From positions 43,028,001-43,092,000 of the forward strand of contig OZ336893.1 in the NCBI GenBank assembly GCA_965287045.1: a stretch of 64,000 nucleotides of DNA. The letters are read 5' to 3'. Both the position numbers and the translations under genes were made by a program. Each line of letters opens with the position of its first letter. The stretch's first letter is position 1. This DNA is from Carcharhinus amblyrhynchos (taxonomy: Eukaryota). The notes beneath the pieces were generated by a model, which saw nothing but the letters and a program-made list of their open reading frames with translations, had not been told where the DNA came from and ran no database searches. Below are positions 49,776 to 61,900 of the stretch, in pieces.

Positions 49776-50185
49776 ATTTGATTTATCATTGTCACATGTA
49801 TTGGGATACAGCGAAAAGTATTGTTTCTTGCGCACTATACAGACAAAGCATACCGTTCACAGAGAAGGAAAGAAGGTGCAGAATGTAGTGTTACAGTCAT
49901 AGCTAGGGTGTAGAGAAAGATCAAGGTAGGTCCATTCAAAAGTCTGGTGGCAGCAGGGAAGAAGCTCGTTTTGAGTCGATTGGTACGTGACCTCAGGCTT
50001 TTGTATCTTTTTCCCGACAGAGGAAGGTAGAAGAGAGAATGTCCGGGGTGTGTGGGGTCCTCAATTATGCTGGCTGCTTTGCCGAGGCAGCGGGAAGTGT
50101 AGACAGAGTCAATGGATGGGAGGTTGATGGATTGGGCTACATTCACAACCTTTTGTAGTTCCTTGCAGTCTTGGGCAGAGCAGGA
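49776..50185 (-). mobile_element. Rex1/Babar LINE 3' fragment
   Basis: CSAQDCKELQKVV...DPTHPGH...SFFPAA. Confidence 0.9.
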
Positions 50186-51081
50186 TACCTGGACACTGCA
50201 GAATACAATCATCTAATTTATTTAAAGCTATCTGTGGATAATGTATAACACGGGACTGTTTTATTGATTCAAATGTCCAAGATGTGATGATATCTAACCA
50301 GCACATAACTCTAATTTGGAAATGTTATCTGTTTTGATCTAGTGGTGCCCCTACTTCTTGAGATCTTGATAATGTTCTGGTGGTTCTGTTTGCTATCAAC
50401 ATCAGCCAGAAACTATCTAGAGCAGCATCTTCCTTAATGTACTGGTCACATGTATTTCTCAACATCAGCTTAGAATGGCCATCTGATTTTTATTTTGTTG
50501 CTTTTAAAGACTTCTGAAGGCTTTCTGTAAATATACAAGAAGAAAAAGCAACATCTGGTCAGCATAAGAACTGAATTAAATGATTAAATATTGTTGGTTG
50601 TGTTCCCATGCAAAAATCGTGATCCAATTAAAAGTGCTTCAGATTTAGTGTTACCTGTCCCATTCAAAATTGAGAGTTGGTGGGCAGGGGCAGGTGAACA
50701 AAAGAGTTTGTTCGTAGAGCTGACTTTTTTCTCTTCATGTTTCCTGTTGCACAAACTACACTTGTGAACTATTACTTTGCTGAAGAAATTCTCTCCATTT
50801 CAGTGTCCTTATTTTGAATCAGTGCAAACCCTCTGAACTTCTGCATTCTATACAAGTTTCTAACTAACAAACTCTTTCACAATCTCAAAAATAATCTCTT
50901 GGCTGTCTTTTTGTCAAAGAAAACTCTCAAGATCTCAATCAATTTTCATAGTTCTGTCTTTTATAATTATTATCTTGCAGTCCTCTGCTAAAAAGAGGAT
51001 ATTTGGTTTTTGAGTAAGGAAGTTGAAACTGGCCATGGTTTTCTTATCAGTTCAGTTGGTGATTGCTCAATATCCATGGGG

Positions 51082-52613
51082 ACATAAGAACATAAGAAAT
51101 AGGAGCAGGAGTAGGCCATCTAGCCCTTCGAGCCTGCCCCGCCATTCAATAAGATCATGGCTGATCTGTCGTGGCTCAGTTCCACATTCCCGCCCTCTCC
51201 CCATAACCCTTAATCCCCTCTCTTATCAAGAACCCATCAACCCGCTTCTTAAAAATATTTAGCGAGGCAGCCTCCACCACTTCAATGGGCAGAGAATTCC
51301 AGAGATTCACCACCCTTTGAGTGAAGAAGTTCCTCCTCAACTCCGTTCTAAACCGCCTCCCCTTTATCTTGAGGCTGTGCCCCCTAGTCCTACTGTCTTT
51401 TTTGAGCGGGAAGAGTCTCTCCACCTCTATCCTATCCATCCCATTCATCATCTTATACGTCTCAATGAGATCTCCCCTCATTCTTCTAAACTCTAACGAG
51501 TACAAGCCTAGTTTATTCAGCCTCTCCTCATAGCTCAATCCCCTCAACTCTGGTATCAGCCTAGTAAACCTCCTCTGCACTCCCTCCAGGGCCAAAATAT
51601 CCTTGCGCAGGTGCGGCGCCCAAAACTGCACACAGTACTCCAGCTGCGGCCTCACCAATGCCCTATACAGCTGCAGCAAGACCTCCCTACTTTTATATTC
51701 AATCCCCCTTGCTATGAAGGCCAGCATCCCATTCGCCGTCCTGACCACCTGCTGCACCTGCAGGCTGGGTTTTTGCGACTCATGCACAAGGACCCCGAGG
51801 TCCCTCTGCACCGTCGCCTGCTGCAGTTTTTCGCCACGTAAGTAATAGTCCTTCCTACCATTCTTCCTACCAAAGTGGACCACCTCACACTTGCCAACAT
51901 TAAATTCCATTTGCCATTTCCTGGCCCATTCGCCCAGCCTATCTAGATCCTTCTGCAGACTCTCCACACCCTCCGCACAATTTGCCTTTCCCCCAATCTT
52001 GGTGTCATCAGCAAATTTCGACACCCTGCACTCGGTTCCCTCCTCCAGATCATCTATATAAATGGTAAATAGCTGAGGCCCCAGCACCGACCCCTGGGGC
52101 ACCCCACTAGTCACCATCCGCCAATCCGAATAGCACCCATTGACCCCCACTCTCTGCCTCCTATTTGACAACCAATCCTCTATCCACGCTAACACCCTAC
52201 CCCCAACTCCATGTCCCCTGACCTTCTGCAATAACCTCTTGTGAGGTACTTTGTCAAACGCCTTCTGAAAATCCAGAAAGACCACATCCACCGGCTCTCC
52301 TCTATCCACTGCCCTAGACACATCCTCATAGAACTCCAGTAAATTTGTCAGACACGACTTCCCTTTAATGAAACCGTGTTGCGTCTGCCCTATCAAGCAA
52401 TTCCCTTCAAGATGCCTCGCAATTTCCTCCTTAATGACGGATTCTAACATTTTACCTACCACAGACGTTAAACTAACCGGCCTATAATTCCCAAACTTTT
52501 GCCTGGCACCCTTCTTAAACAACGGCGTAACATTAGCCGTTTTCCAATCTTCCGGCACTTCCCCGGAATCCAGCGACGTTTGGAAAATAACCACCAAGGC
52601 ATCCACTATAACC
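51082..52613 (-). mobile_element. Young CR1 LINE, 5'-truncated
   Basis: Uninterrupted ORF, CpG-rich, (TTCTTATG)n tail. Confidence 0.97.
51176..52606 (-). CDS. CR1 ORF2 C-terminal 476 aa (reverse transcriptase domain; N-terminally truncated, probably not expressed)
   Basis: [63 protein letters not shown] without stops. Confidence 0.93.
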   Translation of the reverse strand: MDALVVIFQTSLDSGEVPEDWKTANVTPLFKKGARQKFGNYRPVSLTSVVGKMLESVIKEEIARHLEGNCLIGQTQHGFIKGKSCLTNLLEFYEDVSRAVDRGEPVDVVFLDFQKAFDKVPHKRLLQKVRGHGVGGRVLAWIEDWLSNRRQRVGVNGCYSDWRMVTSGVPQGSVLGPQLFTIYIDDLEEGTECRVSKFADDTKIGGKANCAEGVESLQKDLDRLGEWARKWQMEFNVGKCEVVHFGRKNGRKDYYLRGEKLQQATVQRDLGVLVHESQKPSLQVQQVVRTANGMLAFIARGIEYKSREVLLQLYRALVRPQLEYCVQFWAPHLRKDILALEGVQRRFTRLIPELRGLSYEERLNKLGLYSLEFRRMRGDLIETYKMMNGMDRIEVERLFPLKKDSRTRGHSLKIKGRRFRTELRRNFFTQRVVNLWNSLPIEVVEAASLNIFKKRVDGFLIREGIKGYGERAGMWN

Positions 52614-53120
52614 TAGATGTCTGGCTTTGCTGGTGCACAAGATTGGAAGTAGCAAAATGAACCCATATCTTCAGTTACTTGAATCATTTAATATTTTAAG
52701 AGTTTTGCTCCAAAATGACATGTGAAGAAAGTACAATTATCTGTTTTTAACTTACAAGGGAATCATTCCCAACTCACATAACCGACTGCATTTTCGAAGT
52801 CAACAAACTGGCTGAACAGTAAATAATTGCTTCAGGAACTGGATTAGTTGTATCCTCAGGAAGGAACAGCTGAACATCTATTGCCCTGGTAGAAACTCCA
52901 GTTAGCAAACTGTCAGCAACAGAGCACCAATATTTTCAACTCTGATGCTAACTGTCGGGAATGCATAGGAATAATCCTCCAAGCCTTTTTCCAAACCAAC
53001 AGCATTTGCTAAAGCCGGGTTCTGACCACAGATTTGAGGGAGGGTCTCAAGGGGTCTGCCAAAAACAACCAGAGAAAGTGCAGCACGTGGGCCGTATGCC
53101 CTCCACCCACATCTCGCTCG

Positions 53121-53416
53121 CTCAAGATAAAGGGGAGGCGGTTTAGAACGGAGTTGAGGAGGAACTTCTTCACTCAAAGGGTGGTGAATCTCTGGAATTC
53201 TCTGCCCGTTGAAGTGGTGGAGGCTGCCTCGCTAAATATTTTTAAGAAGCGCGTTGATGGGTTCTTGATAAGAGAGGGGATTAAGGGTTATGGGGAGAGG
53301 GCGGGAAAGTGGAACTGAGCCACGACAGATCAGCCATGATCTTATTGAATGGCGGGGCAGGCTCGAAGGGCTAGATGGCCTACTCCTGCTCCTATTTCTT
53401 TTATGTTCTTATGTTC
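53121..53416 (+). mobile_element. Young CR1 3' fragment
   Basis: Near-identical to the 3' end of 51082-52613. Confidence 0.95.
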
Positions 53417-53509
53417 AAGTGAAGTTTCAAGCCCATACTTGAGTACGATGAGCAATCAATTCAACCAATGGCCAGTAACTGAGTTTCACACAAGCGTAAA
53501 ACACATCAC

Positions 53510-54790
53510 TGGCACAGAATTTCTACATTTCAGAAACAGGCCATTCAGCCCATCATGTTTGTACCAACTTACTGGGTAATTTACTAACAGCCTTTTCCTG
53601 CCTGCTCCCCATAACCCTGCACATTGTTCAAACAACAGTGTAACCCGCTTTTGAAAGCCTTCATTGAAAATCCCATCAATTCTATCCGGAACCCTCAAGA
53701 TTTTTAATACTTTTATCAAATCTTCTCTCAGCCTTTCTCTCTCTAAGGAGTACAGTCCTAACTTCTCCAATCTATCTTCATAACTCAAGTCTCACACCCT
53801 GGAACCATTCTCATGAATCTTTTCTGCACTCTCCCAATTGACTTCCGAAAGTGTGGTGCCCAAAGCTGAATGGAACACTCTCAGTGAGACTTATTCAAGT
53901 TCAAGCCAGCCTCCTTCTCCCTGTACCCTATGCCACTATTAATAAAAGCCAGGAAACTGCTGAGTTTTTGTTTATAAGAAGCCTCACAACACCAGGTTAA
54001 AGTTCAACAGGATTATTTGGTAGCTCAAGCCACAAACTTTCAGAGCACTTTTTAAATAACCTGTCTCTCAATCTATCCTGTCACTTTCAATGATTTATTC
54101 ACACATACCCCCAGGACCACCTGCTCCTGTACCCACTTTAAAGTTGTACCTTTCATTTTATATTGTTCCTCCTACCAAAGAGAATCACTTCACATTTCTC
54201 CCCAGTGAATTGTACCTGCCACCTGCTCACCCTCTCCATCAACTTTTTATGTCCTTTTGAAGATCTGCTCTCAAGTTTTGTATCGTCCACAAATTTTGAA
54301 ATTGTTCCCTGTACACCAAGGTCAGGAACAAATATCAGGAAAAATAAGGATCCCAACACTGACCCCTGCAGAATTACATTACAAACCGTCCTCCAACCCA
54401 AAAAACATCCATTAAGCATGATCCTATTTCCTGTCACTCAGCCAATTTTGTAACCACGTTGCTACTGTCCCTTTTATTCCATGAGCTATAACTTTTCTCA
54501 CAAATCCTGTATCAGTTGTCTTTTAGAAGTCCAAATACATCACATCAACAGCATTGCCCTCATCAATCCTCACTGACACTTCTTCAAAAATCTCAAGTAA
54601 GTTAGTTAAATGCGATTTTCCCTTAAGAAATCTGTGCTGGCTTTCCTTAATCAACAAACATTTGTCCATGTAACTATTAATTTTGTCCCAAATTATTGTT
54701 TCTAGAAGTTTCCACATCACTGAAGTTAAACTGGCTGGCCTGTAGTCGTTGGGCTTATCATTACGTCCTTTTTTGAATAAGGATGTAACA
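53510..54790 (-). mobile_element. Old CR1 with a PLE-B pLTR fragment at 53975-54049
   Basis: QHRFLKGKSHLTNLLE, LQGSVLG, KFVDDTK, SYEDRLEKLGL. Confidence 0.88.
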
Positions 54791-54797
54791 ACTTATC

Positions 54798-55160
54798 GAG
54801 GAGGCAATGGCCTAGTGATATTATTACCAGACTATTAATCCAGAAACTCAGCTAATGTTCTGGGGACCCGGGTTCGAATCCCGCCATGGCAGACGGTGGA
54901 ATTTGAATTCAATAAAAAATATCTGGAATTAAGAATCTACTGATGACCATGAAACCATTGTTGATTATTGGAAAAATCCATCTGGTTTACTAATGTCCTT
55001 TAGGGAAGGGAATCTGCCTCCTTAACTGGTCTGGCCTACAGGTGACTCCAGAGCCACAGTGATGTGGTTGACTCTCAACTGCCCTCCAAGGGCAACTAGG
55101 GATGGGCAATAAATGCTGGCCAGCCAGCAACACCCATGTCCCACAAATGAATAAGAAAAA
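54798..55160 (+). mobile_element. tRNA-derived SINE (third type), full length
   Basis: A box TGGCCTAGTG, B box GGTTCGAATCC, tail GGGATGGGCAATAAATGCTGGCC...GAATAAGAAAAA; partial copies 55590-55818, 58635-58740, 59440-59630. Confidence 0.9.
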
Positions 55161-56319
55161 ACGGCAACTACATCCCTCACCAAATTCCCAGCGAGGGCCA
55201 CAAGTTTTACATTAGGTGAATAAACCAAATATAGTCATAAATATATATGGTCAACTGTAGAACAGGAAAGGGAAATTATCTATCAGATGATGAGTTTTGT
55301 TTTATAACTGTTAAAGAGCATGATGGATATGTTAGACAAAGTTCCCAGATAAAGGAGCTCTATTCTTTAACCCAAAAACTGTGGAATTATTTTGTAACAA
55401 TGTTACAATTTGCATAAATTAGAAACTGAAGCGAAGTGATGTAGCCACTTAGCTGATCTTGGTGCACTGTATTTCATATGTATCCGAATTTAAATACATT
55501 CTATTTTCCCTTGAATGAACTGTTAACTTCTTACAAAACTATGTTAATTATTAAGGAGAATTTTCCACAGAAGTCAGTAAAACTCAGGTTATCTGGAATA
55601 TTTTAAACAACCTGAAGCCATTGTCAACTGTCATAAAAACCCATCTTGTTCACTAATGTCCTTCAGGGAAGGAAATCTGCCGTCCTCACCCGGTCTGGCC
55701 TACATGTGACTCCAGACCCACAGCAATGTGGTTGAATGCCTCTGAAATGGGAGGCAGTTAGGGATGGGCAATAAATGCTGGCCCATCCAGCGATGCCCAT
55801 AAATTAATTTTAAAAAACATTCAACAACAGAACAAGTATATTGAGCAACATTAACCAGTTGTGACAAGGCTTAAAACAAAACAGAATATTGTAATGAAGA
55901 TTTAGCTATATATTTCTTCTGTATTTTCCCTTCTATATTTTTAAGCATATCATTCTACACCCGATCTTAAACTAACTTTCTTCCGCTTCCTTCATGAAAA
56001 CCCCTGTTGCTATTCTTGACAAGTTTATCTGACTGCAGGGCTGGTAACCAAGGATATAGACAGCATTAAGAATACTCCATCTTGCTGAGAAAAGTCTCAA
56101 TAAGCTGACTCCACCTGCAGGTAAAAGAAAAAGCCCTCGTTCATTGTTGGGATTCTTTTTGGGAAGCACACTTTCTCCAGGTGTTCATCTCACTTTTATC
56201 AATATTCTAATCTTCCATGTTGAATTTGAGCAGACAGTCATGTGTACAAACTGGGAGGCAACACTTGTTCCTCCAATTGCTGATTCTGTTTGCAGTGACT
56301 GAACTGAGATCAGCAACTC

Positions 56320-56728
56320 AAAGTTTTAAAGTTTATTTATTTACCAGAATGATAGGGAGTGGGATAGCTTGATCATGGTTTCGGACATAGCTCAGCAAAA
56401 CATCAAGGGTCGGAGAGCCTGGACTGTGCTGTACTGTTCAACATTCTATTAATCATTGTCACAAGTAGGCTTACATTAACACTGCAATGAAGTTACTGTG
56501 TAAATCCCGTAGTTGCCACACTCCGGCGCCTGTTTGAGGGACAATTTAGCATGGCCAATGCACCTAATCAGCATGTCTTTTGGACCGTGGGAGGAAATCA
56601 GAGCACCAGAGGAAACTCACACAGACACGGACAGAACATGCAGACTCCAGACAGACAGTGGCCCAAGCCAGAATCGAACCTGGATCCCTGGCGCTGTGGG
56701 GCAGCAGTCTAAATCGCTGTTCCGCCCC
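56320..56728 (-). mobile_element. V-type SINE (alternative tail) with a CR1-like 3' UTR insert ~56342-56448
   Basis: Tail AAAGTTTATTTATT...TGTCACAAGTAGGC is split by an unrelated ~105 bp piece. Confidence 0.8.
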
Positions 56729-56817
56729 ACAGTTTACCAGAGGAAGCCTGTGAGCGATTATGAACTCAGCGTGGGTCTCAAGGCTATCCCCATCACATTT
56801 GGTAAAACACCCTAAAA

Positions 56818-57130
56818 GGCAGGCATGGTGACACAGTTTGATTCTGGCCTTGTGTGACTGTCTGTGTGGGGTTTGCATGTTTTGGCTATGTCTACATGGG
56901 TTTCTTCTGGGTGCTCTGGTTTCCTCCCAAAGATGCGCGGGTTAGGTGGATTGGCCATGCTAAATTGCCCCTTAGTGTCCCAAGTTGTGTGGATTAGCAG
57001 GGTAAATACTTGGGGTTACAAGCATAGGGTGGGGGAGAGGGCCTGGGTAAGATACTGTGTTAGAGAGTCAGTGTAGACCCGATGGGCTGAACATCTCCCT
57101 TCTGCACTGTAGGTATTCTATGAATTCTAT
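56818..57130 (+). mobile_element. HE1-type SINE
   Basis: Core and CTGCACTGTAGGTATTCTATGAATTCTAT tail; internal deletion in the head. Confidence 0.88.
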
Positions 57131-57584
57131 AAAACACTTCACCATCAAACTATCCTGCATACAGCTCTATAACCATTGGGTGAACCTGCATTTCTTTTGT
57201 TTTATATTTTCTAACATTGTTGTACATGGCCGAGATTGGAGCCTGCAATTGGATTATAATAATCTAGGATCAATTAGTTTCAATAAAGCATAAAGGTTTG
57301 ATTCAAAACCCACACCTGATCAGCCCTGGGCCCCTCCCACTTGGCAGTGGTTGACAGCTGTTTGATATTTAATCTGCTGAAGCTGACCGATTGCGATCAC
57401 AATTCTTTCCTCATCGAGTGACGGCAACAGGAAAGATACAAAGAATCTTGAAAAGGTCATTTGACACATCTAGTAATCTTCTCCCACAGATCTGCTCTGT
57501 CAAATTCTTGAATTTCTGAATGTCCTTATAGAAATGATTAAATGAACTTTGAAAGCCGTGAATCTTTTGATGTGCAGTGACAAT

Positions 57585-58340
57585 TTGTTTTTATTCGTCC
57601 ACAGGATGTGAGCATCAGTGACAAGGCCAACATTTGTTGACCATCGCTGATAGCCCTTGAAATGGATGGCCAAAATTTTACAGCCCTGATCTGGGCAGTC
57701 ATTGTCATGGGCAGGCTGGGAAATCTCCAAATTTTACTGTCCTGCTTGTGACAGTCTGGTAAAACCCGGCCAAAGGCTTGATAGATCATTTCCAAGGGTA
57801 GTTAAGAGTCAGGTGTCACATATAGCCACATGGGAATCTGGTCTGGAGTCACATTTTGGCCAAACCTGCTGAGGATGGCAGATTTCCTTCCCTAAAAGGC
57901 ATCAGTGAACCAAATGGATTTTCATGACAATCTATTTTTATTCACTCAGGAGATGTGGGTGTTGCTGGCTGGGTCAGCATCTACTGCCCATCCCTAACTT
58001 CTCCTGAACTGTGTGTATTTCATTGCTATGGATCTAGAGTCACATGTAGGCCAGACCAGATAAGGATGGCAGATTTCTTTCCCTAGAAGGCATTAGTGAA
58101 CCAGATGGTTTTTTACGACAATCGGCAAAGCTTTCAGGGTCATCATTAGAGTATTCATTCCAGATTTTTTATGAATTCAATTATCACCAGCTGCCATGGT
58201 AGGATTCGAACCCAGGTGTTCAGAGCATTACCCCGGGCTTCTGGAATTCACAGTCACCATTACTGAAATAAGCTTTCAATTCTAGATTTTCCATTGACTG
58301 AATTTAAATTCCATTGGCTGCCACTGCCAGATTGAAATTT
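57585..58340 (-). mobile_element. Nested SINE cluster (third-type SINE containing a MITE-like piece and a related SINE)
   Basis: Outer copy broken by 57668-57772 (GGCCAAAATTTTAC...GTAAAACCCGGCC) and by an inner copy ~57934-58247. Confidence 0.72.
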
Positions 58341-59769
58341 GTTTAAACTCCTGGAGTAAGGCTCTGAATAAATACAAAAAGGGGAAGGTTCAGATCCATC
58401 CTCGGCACATCTGTATCATTTATTCCTCCATTAGGCCAAGCAAAAAAGAATTCTCTGTGCCTCTGGAATATTTAATTCACTTCCGTTTTCCTGTGATTTT
58501 ATTTTCTGTTCCAGATTTGCTATCCTGTTATCACCAGACTGAATCGAAAATCTCCCAGAATCATTACATGGTGACCGATATAGAATTCGGGTAGATAGCC
58601 CTTTCTAGGGTTTGCAGATACATGATAGGCCGATTTCCTTTTATTCATTTACAGGATGTGAACGTTGTTGGGCCAGCATTTATTGTCCATCCCTAACTGC
58701 CTTTCATTTCAGAGGGCATTTAACAGTCAGCCACATTCTACAGGACAGGAAAGTTTCATTGAAGCTGTTGTACATTGTGGAAATAATAAAAATGACTGAA
58801 ATGGTTCCAGCACCATGATTCTCCCTGAGAACCTGATACTCTTTTCAACTATCCTTCAGTGACTCCAATCAACTTCCTCAAACAGATTTACGTGTTAAAT
58901 TCAGCAAAGAAAGCCACAGTAAAAGCTCAAAGTAGACATCTTTTCTCTATAATCACAATCAAGTTTATTCACACAATGGCGTTTTGTGTGAACGTAAACT
59001 CTAAGTGGAAAGCTTGGGTATCAATGGGAGAAAGACAGGGGTTTGCTTACTGTGCAAACACCTTTTTGAAATCAGTTCCTCCTTCAATGTAAACTCGTGT
59101 CGCTCACAGATAAATGTCAAAGTTGTGGGAGACAGATGAAGGGCTACTTTAGATTTAATCTTTAACAGGAAGGATACTTTGAAAAAGGGAAAGCCAGAGT
59201 GAGTGCATTTCAAATGGCATTTCCGCCCCATCTGGTTCAACAGGGCAGATTCACCAATGCCCCAGTCTCTGGGGGAACCCCATTCAATGGAAGAATGAAG
59301 CAGGAACTGGGAATGCTGCATGGATTTCCCAACTTAACTGCCCAGTGGGAGGCAGGGACACTGAATTCACTGCTCCAACTTTTTATTGTTGCAGTCTCCT
59401 CAAATCAGCAACGTTTTCGAGAATACCAGCAATGTCAGAAAACTGGTCCTCAGCCTTCTGATGGAAGTTCACTAATGTCCTTTAGGGAAGGAAATCTGCT
59501 GTCCTTCCCTGGTCTGGCCTACATGTGACCCCAGAGCCACAGCAATGTGGTTGACTCTTAAATGCCCTTGGGGATGGGCAAAAATCTGCCCAGCCAATGA
59601 TGTCCACATCCCATGAACAAATAAAAAAAAGAATCAGGAGTGCAAACTCTGACCGGTATTCTCCTCCCTCACCAGTAATCCTGAGGCCAATTGTAGCTTA
59701 GCTCCACTAAGCTATCAAACTTAGATCTTCCAGGTCTGTGCAATTCAATGACTCACTGAATAAACTCTG

Positions 59770-60445
59770 ATAAGTTCATAAGTTCATAAGATACAGGAAC
59801 AGAATCAGGACATTCAGCCCATCAAGTCTGCTCCACCATTCGATCATGGCTGGTGTGCTTCTCATCCCCGTGTTCCTGCCTTCTTCCCATTGCCCTTCAA
59901 CCCATTACCAATTAAAAACCTATCTAACTCCTCCTTAAATTTACTCACTGTCCCAGCATCCACCGCACTTTGGGGGAGCGAATTCCACAAATTCACAGCC
60001 CTTTGGGAGAAGTAGTTTCTCCTCAGCTCTGTTTTAAATTTGCTGTCCCTTATCCGAAGGCTATGACCTCTCATCCTAGAATATCCCACAAGAGGAAGCA
60101 TCTCCACAACTACTTTATACATATCTTTTATCATATATATTTCAATTTGATCTCCCCTCATTCTTCTAAGTTCCAGAGTATCGGCCTAAACTGTTCAATC
60201 TCTCTTCATACGACAAACCTCTCATCTCTGGAATCAATCTGGTGAACCTCCTCTAAACTGTCTCCACTACATCTTTCCTCAATAAGGGAACCAAATCTGC
60301 AGAATAATCCAGGTGCGGCCTCACCAATGCCTTGTATAATTGCAACAATACTTCCTTATCTTTATATTCTGTTCCTTTAGCTGTAAATGCCAACATTCCA
60401 TTTATTTTCTTTAGTATCTGCTGTACCTACATGCTAGTTTTCTGT
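59770..60445 (-). mobile_element. CR1 3' fragment
   Basis: ELRRNYFSQRAVNLWNSLPQ; (TTATGAAC)n tail. Confidence 0.9.
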
Positions 60446-61104
60446 GGGTAATTTTCTTTGGATAATTTCTCAGCCGTTAATACTGAGCATTGCTTACTCT
60501 GTCAACCATCTGTGACATTCCCACAGATTACTCGTTTTGCCAAATGCTCACATTTTTAAAAGAAAATTAAATTAAAATTTGATGGACTGTCTTGCAACAA
60601 ACATTAAAGTCGCATTCAGTGTAAATTCTAATCCTTCTGCGATCTTTCTGATGGAGCTGTCTCATGCTGGCAGAGGTGCATCATCTGAGAACTCATCCCC
60701 GATGTGTGAGCCTAAACAATGACTCTTGGCTGGCAGGAGGGATAGGGCGTCACAGCTGAGCCCAGTTCTGTTTCATTCTCCTAACAGAGATCCTAACAGG
60801 AGTCGCTGAATAGTAGTGGGATTTTCCCTCTCCAAGTCCAACAGATCCAAGGTCAGTTGTGATGTTCCCCGTGGTTGTCCTCATAGAAATTTTCTGCATG
60901 TCATTTACAAATAACCCCATTACAGATCAGAAAGTTTAAAACCGGCCAAATGAGGGTACATTTGAAGCTTCTGAAATAAGTGCAATGTTTCCAGCAAAGT
61001 TTGCTTAGGGGCACAAGACATTTTAATTGGGCCAATTTAATAGCTCAATACTTATGGAGATGTTGCCAGTGTAAATGTCATGTCTGCAAATTAAACTATC
61101 CTAA

Positions 61105-61662
61105 CAGTTTTGGGCGCCGCACCTGCACAAGGATATTTTGGCCCTGGAGGGAGTGCAGAGGAGGTTTACTAGGCTGATACCGGAGTTGAGGGGGTTGAGC
61201 TATGAGGAGAGGCTGAATAAACTAGGCTTGTACTCGTTAGAGTTTAGAAGAATGAGGGGAGATCTCATTGAGACGTATAAGATGATGAATGGGATGGATA
61301 GGATAGAGGTGGAGAGACTCTTCCCGCTCAAAAAAGACAGTAGGACTAGGGGGCACAGCCTCAAGATAAAGGGGAGGCGGTTTAGAACGGAGTTGAGGAG
61401 GAACTTCTTCACTCAAAGGGTGGTGAATCTCTGGAATTCTCTGCCCGTTGAAGTGGTGGAGGCTGCCTCGCTAAATATTTTTAAGAAGCGGGTTGATGGG
61501 TTCTTGATAAGAGAGGGGATTAAGGGTTATGGGGAGAGGGCGGGAAAGTGGAACTGAGCCACAACAGATCAGCCATGATCTTATTGAATGGCGGGGCAGG
61601 CTCGAAGGGCTAGATGGCCTACTCCTGCTCCTATTTCTTATGTTCTTATGTTCTTATGTTCT
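61105..61662 (+). mobile_element. Young CR1 3' fragment
   Basis: 139-aa ORF nearly identical to the end of the 476-aa ORF; CTAAC at both junctions (61101-61105, 61661-61665). Confidence 0.96.
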
Positions 61663-61900
61663 AACTGGTTCTATTTTTGATAATGTCCAAAACAAAGTTT
61701 TTCTTCATACAAATGTCTTGTGCACAGCTGCACCAGTTTGTTAAAAAGATGGAGCAAGTGTAAAGAACAATCTGTCAGAAACATTGGGCTTCTCAATCAG
61801 AAAGGCAAAGGTTTTTGCACAAGGAGTGTCACCTGTAATTCTTATTACAGAAATCGCAGAAAAATGGTGTCTGGGAAATCCTATTGGTCATAATGCTGAA

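Noticed and set aside
60640-60890. Possible ancient LF-SINE-like fragment (also ~4420-4600)
   Set aside because: Resemblance too weak to support without an alignment.
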